Shown here: in pieces, positions 56,884 to 64,000 of the stretch | Layout of the letters: every line of letters begins with the position of its first letter | Numbering within the stretch: the first letter of the stretch is position 1 | The notes under the pieces: generated by a model | Seen by the model: only the letters and a program-made list of their open reading frames with translations | Database searches by the model: none | Told to the model about the DNA's origin: nothing | Program-made: the position numbers and the translations under genes | DNA from: Alphaproteobacteria bacterium | GTDB lineage: Bacteria; Pseudomonadota; Alphaproteobacteria; CACIAM-22H2 | Direction: 5' to 3' | NCBI GenBank assembly: GCA_035457725.1 | Contig: DATIBC010000041.1 | Location: forward strand, 260 to 64,259 | Length of the DNA: 64,000 nt

Positions 56884-58554
56884 TCACGCCGCGGCTGGGA
56901 TGCGCGACTGTACGACGCGGAAACGATTGGCGACGAAGGCGGCGTCGGTAAGCGACGCATTGGCCGCCGGATTGCAGCCCGTCGCGTGAAAATCGCTGAA
57001 CGCCGCCGATTGGTTGACGAACACGCCGCCGGTCAAGTTGCACGACAGCGCCACACCCGCCTCGGCAGCCATCTCGATGGCTTCGTCCATCAGCCGTGCG
57101 TTGGTCGAATGGACGAGCCCGGTGAGCGCGCCTTTGACGCGCACGCCCTGCATCGCGCGAGCCAAGCTCTCGGCCGTGTTTTCGGTCGCGATGACATAAG
57201 TCACCGGTCCGAAATTTTCCTTCATGTAGACATCCTCGCGCTTGGCGTCGAGCTTGACGACGATCGGCGTCTGCACCGTGGCGTTGGCGAATTGCGGATG
57301 CGCCAACGTGCGCGAGGCGAGAACTACATGCCCTTCGCGCGCCGCACGATCGATGCGCTCGAGCGTCGCCGGGTTCTGGATCGCGCCAAGGATCTCGACG
57401 GCGCGTGCCGGATCGGCGAGTAGCCCGTCAATCGCATCGGCGATCGCGCGCGCCACTTCGTCGAAGCGCTTGTGTCCCTGGTCGGTTTCGATTCCGCCCT
57501 TGGGCACGAATATGTTCTGCGGGGTGGTGCACATCTGCCCGGAGTAGAGCGACAACGAAAAGGCGAGATTGTTGGCCAAGCCCTTGAAGTCGGCGGTCGA
57601 GTCGATCACGACGAAATTGACCCCCGCTTTTTCGGCGAAAAGCGTCGCCTGGCGCGCGTTGCTCTCCAGCCAATCACCGAACTCCGGACCGCCGGTGTAG
57701 TCGATAAGCGCGATCTCGGGCCGCGTCGCCAGCGCCTTGGCGATCGGCGCGCCGACGTCGTCGGCGGCGAGCGTGACGAGATCCGGATCGAAGCCGGACT
57801 CGGCGAGAACGCCGCGCGCGATTTTGACCGAGATCGCCAGTGGCAGGATGGCGTTGGGATGGGGCTTGACGATGACCGGATTGCCGGTCGCCAGGTCGGC
57901 GAAGATCCCCGGGTACCCGTTCCAGGTCGGAAAGGTGGAGCAGCCGATGACCAGGCCAACTCCGCGCGGGACGATTGCGTAGCGTTTGTCGAGACGAATA
58001 GGCTCGCCTTTGCCCTGCGGCTTTTCCCAGCGCGCCACGCCCGGAACGCGGATCATCGCCTCGTATGCGCATGCCGCCGCCTCAAGACCGCGATCTTGCG
58101 CGTGCGGACCTGCCGCCTGGAAGGCCATGACGAAACCCTGGCCCGTGGTGTGCATCACCGCGTAGGCGATGTCGAAGGACGCCCGATTGATACGCGCCAA
58201 AACCTCGAGGCAGACGCCGACGCGCGCCTCCACCCCGGCCCTACGCCACGCCGGCAATGCCGCCTGCGCCGCCCGGATCAGCTTGTCGATGTCCGGTTTT
58301 GGGTAGGTGACCCCCAGCGCGAAGCCGTATGGCGACGTCTCGCCGCCGACGCGGCCGCCGTCGCTTGGTTGATCGAGTTCGAACGGGTGATTGAGCTGCG
58401 CCTCGAAGCGCGCCTTGGCCTCGGCGTTGGCGTGTTCGCCGTAGTTTCGCGGGCTCGGACTCTCCGGATAGGGCGTCCAGTAGCCGCGCTTTGCAAGCGC
58501 TTCGAGCGCCGCCTCGAGCGTGGCGTGGTGTTTCTCGAACAGCGAATGCGACAT
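56884..58554 (-). CDS. aldehyde dehydrogenase superfamily protein, PaaN-like (phenylacetic-acid ring-opening ALDH family)
   Basis: ALDH catalytic Cys (GQMCTT) and ENFGPV. ~556 aa as in PaaN. Subfamily call is tentative. Confidence 0.6.
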   Translation of the reverse strand: MSHSLFEKHHATLEAALEALAKRGYWTPYPESPSPRNYGEHANAEAKARFEAQLNHPFELDQPSDGGRVGGETSPYGFALGVTYPKPDIDKLIRAAQAALPAWRRAGVEARVGVCLEVLARINRASFDIAYAVMHTTGQGFVMAFQAAGPHAQDRGLEAAACAYEAMIRVPGVARWEKPQGKGEPIRLDKRYAIVPRGVGLVIGCSTFPTWNGYPGIFADLATGNPVIVKPHPNAILPLAISVKIARGVLAESGFDPDLVTLAADDVGAPIAKALATRPEIALIDYTGGPEFGDWLESNARQATLFAEKAGVNFVVIDSTADFKGLANNLAFSLSLYSGQMCTTPQNIFVPKGGIETDQGHKRFDEVARAIADAIDGLLADPARAVEILGAIQNPATLERIDRAAREGHVVLASRTLAHPQFANATVQTPIVVKLDAKREDVYMKENFGPVTYVIATENTAESLARAMQGVRVKGALTGLVHSTNARLMDEAIEMAAEAGVALSCNLTGGVFVNQSAAFSDFHATGCNPAANASLTDAAFVANRFRVVQSRIPAAA

Positions 58555-58661
58555 TTTCGGCGGCTCCCATCCGGTTGCGCAGTACGCCATTCGATGCGCG
58601 AATGGCGTTGGGCTCTCTGTGTAGCCCAACCGGCGGCGTGGCGGCAAACGACGCGCCGCGC

Positions 58662-59330
58662 TTAACGCGGCTTAACCCCCAGCTCCATCGCCCGGCGCAC
58701 GGCCTGCGTACGATTGGCGACCGCGAGCCGTTTGTAAACTCGTTGCAGATGGACCTTGACGGTGATTTCCTCGATGGCGAGCCGCTTGGCGATTTCCTTG
58801 TTCGAATAACCCTCGACGAGCTCGGCGAGGACGGCGCGCTGGCGTGGCGTTAGTTGGCCGATCACGTCATGGCCACGGCTTGCCGATTCATGGCGCGGCC
58901 GGCTGCTTGGGCCGAGTTCGCCGAAGCGGTTTTCAGCAGGAACGAAACGCTCGCCATCCAGCACAAGCTTGAGAGCGGTGACGAGCGCCGCGCCGACCAT
59001 GGTTTTGGGAATGAACCCGTTGGCGCCGAGGCGAATCGATTCCGCGACGTCCTCGGGGTCGTCGCTGCCGGAAAGAATCACGATCGGGGTATTCGGGAAC
59101 TCGGCGCGCATTTGGCGCAAGCCCATCAGACCGTCCATTCCCGGCATTTTCAGATCGAGAATGATCATGTCGAGCGGCGCGTTCCGCCGCGCCTGCTCGT
59201 GCGCTTGGGCGAACGATCCGGCGTGCAGCACGTTGACGCCAGCGCCGACGCGTTGGACGTACGGCGTCAGAGCCTCACGCACCATATGATGGTCGTCGGC
59301 GAGAAGAATGCGCAAATTTTCCGCCCGCAC
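58662..59330 (-). CDS. LuxR/FixJ-family two-component response regulator
   Basis: Receiver domain (ILLADDH...DLKMPGMDG...K) and C-terminal LuxR HTH (LTPRQRAVLAELVEGYSNKEIA). Start uncertain (GTG/TTG); ORF may extend to 59381. Confidence 0.75.
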   Translation of the reverse strand: MRAENLRILLADDHHMVREALTPYVQRVGAGVNVLHAGSFAQAHEQARRNAPLDMIILDLKMPGMDGLMGLRQMRAEFPNTPIVILSGSDDPEDVAESIRLGANGFIPKTMVGAALVTALKLVLDGERFVPAENRFGELGPSSRPRHESASRGHDVIGQLTPRQRAVLAELVEGYSNKEIAKRLAIEEITVKVHLQRVYKRLAVANRTQAVRRAMELGVKPR

Positions 59331-59661
59331 CGTTCGATCCCTTTGGCCACCCGTCCGATCAAGTCCGCGATGCGTCGTCAAGCGAACACCGGGACCGGAA
59401 CTTTTAATCGTATTGCAAGATAGATAGCCGATTGGTTGCCGTCTATTGCCCTTTGATTCTGGTCAAATCTGCGTTTATTTTTGAATTTTACAAACTTGTC
59501 GTCGGGAAAGCGAGCCATTCGCCCTCCCGTCGTCCAGCCCCGCCGATCGCCGTCCTGAGGGACATGTCCGTGCAATTTTCTCTCGGCGAGCGCCGAGTAC
59601 CTAAGCGGTTCGCTCACCATCCGCTCGCGCGTGACGCCCGTCGCGTCGCGCCGTTCGCATC

Positions 59662-60381
59662 ATGAGCGTAGGTTTCAGGCGCGCCCGTCAACGGCGGCGG
59701 TTCTTATGGCGCATCGCCTCGGCGTTCGCCATCCTGGCTGCGGTCTGCGCCGCATTGCTGCAAATCTACTGGGCGGGCGAGCGGCATGGACAACGCGAGG
59801 CTGGCGTGCTGTCTGAACGGATGGCGGCGCTCGAGGAGGAAAACCGCCGGTTGGCCGGCGAACGGGTCGAGGCCGATGCGGCGCGCCGGCTCGCTGAAGC
59901 GGCAGTCGCTGCGGCCGAGGAGCGCTACGCGCGGGACATCCCGCGCGACGCGCGCAAGGATCTGCTTGAGCGGATCGATCGGCGCCTTGCCGCCGGCGTG
60001 TCCGCCGAACGGTTGGGCTCGGTCATTGATGTCACGGCGAACGACCGTGTCTGCGACCCGCCGGTGACGCGGCGTATCCTATTGCGTACACCGACCGTGA
60101 CGGGCGGGGGAACCTCGGCGACCTTCGGCGACAACCAGATTTCGGTCAGCGGCGAGGGCACGCCGGCCCGCGACGCCACTAACAATCTCGAAGCTTGGTT
60201 CGACCCCGAAAAGCCGGTGACAATACGTTTCACCCAGCTCGGCGGCGAAGTAATCGAGGCATCGGGGAGGCTGCCGCTGCAACACGCGATGGTCGTCGCG
60301 GGGTTCGAGTATCGATTCACCGTCAATCCATCGGCGCGCGGACTCGTCGCCGTCACCGGGGATCGTTGCCGTCACCCATGA
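59662..60381 (+). CDS. hypothetical membrane-anchored coiled-coil protein
   Basis: N-terminal TM helix, Ala/Arg/Glu-rich coiled coil, C-terminal beta-rich region. No family recognised. Confidence 0.35.
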   Translation: MSVGFRRARQRRRFLWRIASAFAILAAVCAALLQIYWAGERHGQREAGVLSERMAALEEENRRLAGERVEADAARRLAEAAVAAAEERYARDIPRDARKDLLERIDRRLAAGVSAERLGSVIDVTANDRVCDPPVTRRILLRTPTVTGGGTSATFGDNQISVSGEGTPARDATNNLEAWFDPEKPVTIRFTQLGGEVIEASGRLPLQHAMVVAGFEYRFTVNPSARGLVAVTGDRCRHP

Positions 60382-60409
60382 GCATCGGCCGAACGCGGAT
60401 CCGGCGGCG

Positions 60410-61828
60410 TTGACGATGGCGACCAGTAAGCATCGTCTAGGACTGATCGGCGTCGGGGTGATGGGCGGCGGATTGGCGCTCAACCTGGCCGACCACGGCG
60501 TTCGCGTCCTGGTCTATGATCGCGTTCGGCGGGCTGGCGAGCGGCTGGCCGCACAATTCCCGGAGGCCGTTGCATGCGCGTCTTCGCTGAATGAGCTCGT
60601 CGACCGCCTCGAGAGACCGCGCGCGATCCTGTTGATGGTGCCGGCCGGAGACGCCGTCGACGCGGCAATCAGGGAGCTCGCGCCGCTGCTCGCCCGCGGC
60701 GATCTCGTCATCGACGGCGGAAACTCGCATTATCGCGCGACGATTCGCCGCGCCGAACAGCTCCGCGACATGGGCGTTGAATTGCTCGGCATCGGAATAT
60801 CCGGTGGGGTAAGCGGCGCCAAGCATGGCCCGGCGCTCATGGTCGGCGGGAACGAACAGGCGTGGAGCATGGTCAAGGACGTCTTCCAGGCGATCGCCGC
60901 CCGCGGCGCCGATGGCTCTCCGGCGTGCGGATATTTCGGCGGCGACGGCACCGGACACTTCGTCAAGATGGTCCACAACGGCATCGAGTATGCGCAGATG
61001 CAGGCCATCGCCGAGATCGTCGAGCTGCTTCGCCAGCTCAACGGCTTGACGCCGCAGGCCGCCGCGGCGGCGCTGGCGCGATGGAACGCCGGTCCGCTGG
61101 AAAGCTACCTTCTCGATATCACCAGCCAGATCCTCGGTCGCCGCGACCCGCTGACCGGCGGAGCGGCGATCGACGTCATCGCCGACGCCGCCGGGCAGAA
61201 AGGCACCGGCGCTTGGGCGGCCATCGAGGCGATCGAGCTCGGCGTCGCCGCGCCGACGATCGTCGGGGCGGTATTGGCCCGCGCTCTTTCCGCCGAGACC
61301 GCGACGCGCGTGGCGGTCGCGACTTCCTATCCGCCGCCACCGACGGGCCGGGAAGCGATCGACGAAATCGCGCTGGCGGACGCGCTCGTCGCGGCAACGC
61401 TCGCGATCTATGCCCAAGGCATGGCGCTGCTGGCGGCCGCCCGCGCGAAGTATGGCTGGCGATTCGAATTCACGCTGCTGGCCCAAGCGTGGCACGCCGG
61501 CTGCATCATTCGGGCGCCGCTGTTGATCGAACTCGTCGGCGAGACCGACGGGGTCTCGCATGCTCTTCTCGCTCCGCGACTGCGCGAACGTATCGCCGCA
61601 GCCGAGGCTGGATGGCGACGCAGCGTCGCTACTGCGATTGCGGCGGGCGTCGCGGTGCCAGCGCTGGCGTCGTCGCTCGCCTATGTTGATGCGATGCGCA
61701 TGGGTCGTCTGTGGACCGCGACGATCCAAGCCCAGCGCGACTTTTTCGGGGCACACGGCTTGATGCGCGTCGATCGTCCCGGCCGCTTTCACCTCGACGG
61801 CAGCAGCGCCGAAGAGGGCGACTCGTGA
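60410..61828 (+). CDS. gnd: 6-phosphogluconate dehydrogenase (decarboxylating)
   Basis: Colinear with Gnd blocks (GLIGVGVMGGGLALN, GGNSHY, GHFVKMVHNGIEYAQMQ, AGCIIRA, QAQRDFFGAH). Confidence 0.9.
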   Translation: MTMATSKHRLGLIGVGVMGGGLALNLADHGVRVLVYDRVRRAGERLAAQFPEAVACASSLNELVDRLERPRAILLMVPAGDAVDAAIRELAPLLARGDLVIDGGNSHYRATIRRAEQLRDMGVELLGIGISGGVSGAKHGPALMVGGNEQAWSMVKDVFQAIAARGADGSPACGYFGGDGTGHFVKMVHNGIEYAQMQAIAEIVELLRQLNGLTPQAAAAALARWNAGPLESYLLDITSQILGRRDPLTGGAAIDVIADAAGQKGTGAWAAIEAIELGVAAPTIVGAVLARALSAETATRVAVATSYPPPPTGREAIDEIALADALVAATLAIYAQGMALLAAARAKYGWRFEFTLLAQAWHAGCIIRAPLLIELVGETDGVSHALLAPRLRERIAAAEAGWRRSVATAIAAGVAVPALASSLAYVDAMRMGRLWTATIQAQRDFFGAHGLMRVDRPGRFHLDGSSAEEGDS

Positions 61829-62331
61829 TCGTCGTCGTAATGGGCGTGAGCGGCGCCGGAAAAACGACGGTCGGCCGCCTCGTCGCCGCAGCCCTCAACG
61901 CGCGGTTCATCGAGGGCGACGCGTTCCACCCGCCAGCCAACGTCGACAAGATGCGGCGCGGGCAGCCGCTCGACGACGCCGATCGCGCGCCATGGCTGGC
62001 GGCGCTGGGCGAGTTGCTGCGAAGCTACGCCGTGCGCGGCATGACGGCTGTCCTGGCCTGTTCCGCCCTCAAGCGCGCCTACCGCGACGCGCTGCGCACG
62101 GGCGCGCCTGATGCGCGGTTCGTCTTTCTCAAGGGCGAGGAAGCGCAGATCGCCGAACGGTTGAAGGCGCGGGCGGGCCATTATATGCCCGCCACGCTTC
62201 TTGCCAGCCAGTTCGCCGCGCTCGAAGAACCGGCGGCCGACGAACGGGCGATCGTCGTCGACATCGCCGACCCGCCATCCGCCATCGCGCGTCACGCCGT
62301 CGAAGCGCTAGGCGTCGACCCGGTCGCCTAA
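61825..62331 (+). CDS. gntK: gluconokinase (GntK/IdnK family)
   Basis: P-loop VMGVSGAGKTT, DAFHPPANV.KM, LACSALKR. GTG start overlapping the gnd stop. Confidence 0.8.
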   Translation: MIVVVMGVSGAGKTTVGRLVAAALNARFIEGDAFHPPANVDKMRRGQPLDDADRAPWLAALGELLRSYAVRGMTAVLACSALKRAYRDALRTGAPDARFVFLKGEEAQIAERLKARAGHYMPATLLASQFAALEEPAADERAIVVDIADPPSAIARHAVEALGVDPVA

Positions 62332-62460
62332 TCGAGCCAATCGCTTATGCCCGGTAGACCACGGAACCGCCGTCCGTAGGCCTGCCATGCAAGGATAGCA
62401 ACGCCGCTGGCGCTGTGGAGACGGGATAATGTCGCCACCTTCCGACCGGTCGTATCCCCA

Positions 62461-63405
62461 ATGCCAAGTTTCGCGATGCCCACCCCGACCCGCGAGGAGA
62501 TTCGGCGCGGCATCTTCCACATCGTCGCCGCCGTGTTCGTCTTTGCAGTCGTCAACGCCCTCGTGAAATGGCAGGTCGCGACGTATCCCGTCACCGAGGT
62601 GGTCTTCTTTCGCTGCTGGTTCGCGCTCTTGCCCGGCATCGTGCTGATCGCCGCGAACGGCGGCATAGGCGCGCTTCGCACGCACCGGCCGATGGCACAC
62701 GTATCGCGCGCCGCCGTCCAATTCCTATCGATGATCGCGATCTTCACCGCGTTCAAGCTGATGCCGCTGGCCGATGCCGTGGCGATCACGTTCGCCAATC
62801 CGCTGTTCTTGACCGTGCTGTCGATACCATTGCTCGGCGAGAAAGTCGGCGTGCACCGCTGGGCCGCCGTACTCGTCGGTTTTGCCGGGGTGATGATCAT
62901 GGTCCAGCCGGGCCTCGGCGTGCTGGAAAGCGGCGCGCTGTTCGCACTCGCCAACGCGTTTCTCGGCGCCAGCATCACCATCAGCCTGCGGCGCATGAGT
63001 CTGACCGAGACCAGCACCGCCCTGGTCGTTTGGCAGCTCGCCACGACCGCGGTGCTCAGCACCCTGCTGTTGCCCCTCGGATGGATCACGCCGACCCTAT
63101 GGGACGCTGGCGTGATGGCGTTGATCGGACTCGGCAGCGGCGTCGGCCAGTATCTGTGGACCCAGGCGTTCCGCTTCGCGCCGGCTGCTGTCGCGGCGCC
63201 GTTCACCTACACCGCGATGATTTGGGCGATGCTGCTCGGTTTCGCGATCTGGGGCGATGTCCCGACTCCCGCGCTTCTCGTCGGCGCCGTCGTCGTCGCC
63301 GCCAGCGGGCTTTACATCCTCCACCGCGAGACGGCGCGTCGACGCGCAGCACAGCCGACGGCGCAACCGGCAAGCGACATCCGCGCGGCGGGCGGTGACG
63401 ACTAG
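62461..63405 (+). CDS. EamA/DMT-superfamily transporter
   Basis: Ten TM helices with two EamA repeats. Confidence 0.75.
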   Translation: MPSFAMPTPTREEIRRGIFHIVAAVFVFAVVNALVKWQVATYPVTEVVFFRCWFALLPGIVLIAANGGIGALRTHRPMAHVSRAAVQFLSMIAIFTAFKLMPLADAVAITFANPLFLTVLSIPLLGEKVGVHRWAAVLVGFAGVMIMVQPGLGVLESGALFALANAFLGASITISLRRMSLTETSTALVVWQLATTAVLSTLLLPLGWITPTLWDAGVMALIGLGSGVGQYLWTQAFRFAPAAVAAPFTYTAMIWAMLLGFAIWGDVPTPALLVGAVVVAASGLYILHRETARRRAAQPTAQPASDIRAAGGDD

Positions 63406-63435
63406 CGCCACCGCCCCCGGCGCCGCGCGACCTAT

Positions 63436-63449
63436 TTGATCTGCGTCAA
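63436..63449. promoter_or_regulatory. FNR/FixK-type box TTGATCTGCGTCAA upstream of the USP gene
   Basis: Perfect TTGA-N6-TCAA half-sites centred ~80 bp upstream of the uspA-like ATG. Confidence 0.45.
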
Positions 63450-63522
63450 AGCTTGGAGTCAGAACTCGCGATCATATAATTAACCCGATCGGCTGGACGA
63501 CCAACAAACGGGGGAACGCGCG

Positions 63523-64000
63523 ATGGCAATCAAGGACATTCTCGTCTCCGTCGACGACGACGCGACGTCACCGGCGCGAACCGCCCTTGCCGTCAGGTTG
63601 GCCAAGGACCACCAAGCCCGCTTGACCGCGCTTTACGTCAGCATGGCGCCGAGAATTCCTGAGTACGTGCGCGCCCAGCTCCCGCCGACGGTGGCCGAGG
63701 TTCAAGCGTCGCGGATGCGCGAAACCAGCGAGCGTCTCGAAGCCGAGTTGCGCAAGGCCGCCTTGGCGGAAAACCTCGACATCGAATGGCGGGCGGTGGA
63801 GGGCGACATCGTCGCCACGGCGATGCTGCACGCGCGCTATTGCGACCTGACCATCGTCGGCCAGGCCTCGGACGACGCCAACCTCAATCGCGACGTATAC
63901 GCCCGTCTGGGCGAGGATCTCGTCATGGGAAGCGGACGCCCGGTGCTGATCGCCCCGCGCTACGGCAGCTTCGCCAGCTGCGGCGAGAGGATCCTTATCG
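63523..64000 (+). CDS. universal stress protein (UspA family), 3' partial at window end
   Basis: ILVSVDDD..S..A...A..LA..H.A.L.ALYV pattern. GGGGGAAC RBS. Runs off the window. Confidence 0.6.
   Translation, partial: MAIKDILVSVDDDATSPARTALAVRLAKDHQARLTALYVSMAPRIPEYVRAQLPPTVAEVQASRMRETSERLEAELRKAALAENLDIEWRAVEGDIVATAMLHARYCDLTIVGQASDDANLNRDVYARLGEDLVMGSGRPVLIAPRYGSFASCGERILI

Noticed and set aside
1-64000. CRISPR arrays, tRNA/rRNA genes, insertion sequences or prophage
   Set aside because: No regularly spaced direct repeats, no cloverleaf-compatible conserved tRNA stretches (GTTCGAATC-type T-loops) and no transposase/integrase-like translations were found in the gaps. The intergenic regions are short, apart from 4140-4640, 21590-21920 and 37725-38066.

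Overview
This is a GC-rich (~67%) chromosomal segment that looks alphaproteobacterial. It is densely coded and I see no rRNA, tRNA, CRISPR array or IS element. Because of the high GC, the six-frame track is full of long spurious ORFs in alternative frames and on opposite strands. I called genes only where the translation carries recognisable family motifs, and I trimmed starts to avoid overlaps with neighbouring genes. The track translates GTG and TTG starts as M.

Content from 5' to 3':
- 1-4.1 kb: a GNAT acetyltransferase, a LysE exporter, a YpfJ-like metalloprotease, an alpha/beta-hydrolase-adenylate cyclase fusion and an ABM monooxygenase.
- 4.6-5.6 kb: an agmatinase-family ureohydrolase.
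- 5.6-9.2 kb: a four-gene Mla/MCE-type ABC system (STAS-fused MlaE-like permease, MlaF-like ATPase, MlaD-like MCE protein, auxiliary lipoprotein).
- 9.2-16.2 kb, minus strand: a carbazole-type angular dioxygenase operon of the carAa-carBa-carBb-carC-carAc-(SCP2)-carAd kind, with a divergent GntR regulator and a meta-pathway outer-membrane channel beside it.
- 16.4-19.9 kb: GlcG-like, ankyrin, BolA, RHH and CorC/HlyC genes.
- 19.9-24.7 kb: a fused aroK-aroB, a large secreted hypothetical protein and xerD.
- 24.8-27.5 kb: malate synthase A and a malyl-CoA-lyase-like CitE-family gene.
- 27.6-32.0 kb: a cyclase-TPR protein, accA, meaB and rpmB with a terminator.
- 32.1-37.7 kb: a phytase-like esterase, a dienelactone hydrolase, cobT, cobS and a J-domain protein.
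- 38.1-41.2 kb: a MaoC / CoA-transferase / acyl-CoA dehydrogenase trio.
- 42.0-53.8 kb, minus strand: the main hunt result. This is a long, tightly coupled 14-gene cluster. It holds a split UxaA-type dehydratase (SuyAB-like), a succinate-dehydrogenase-like complex whose SdhB/SdhD/SdhC-like genes sit about six genes away from an SdhA/NadB-like flavoprotein, a TauE/SafE exporter, a NitT/TauT ABC importer, a two-subunit class-I Fe-S hydro-lyase (TtdAB/FumAB-like), a D-2-hydroxyacid dehydrogenase and an Ldh-family-2 (ComC-like) dehydrogenase. I read it as a probable, apparently undescribed route for a sulfonated C3 acid (for example 3-sulfopropanoate) or a related hydroxy-dicarboxylate, built on the succinate-fumarate-malate logic and ending in SuyAB-type desulfonation.
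- 53.9-64.0 kb: GGCT and GGT, a PaaY-like gamma-carbonic anhydrase and a PaaN-like aldehyde dehydrogenase, a LuxR-family response regulator, a hypothetical coiled-coil protein, gnd, gntK, an EamA transporter, and a 3'-partial UspA gene preceded by an FNR/FixK-type box.
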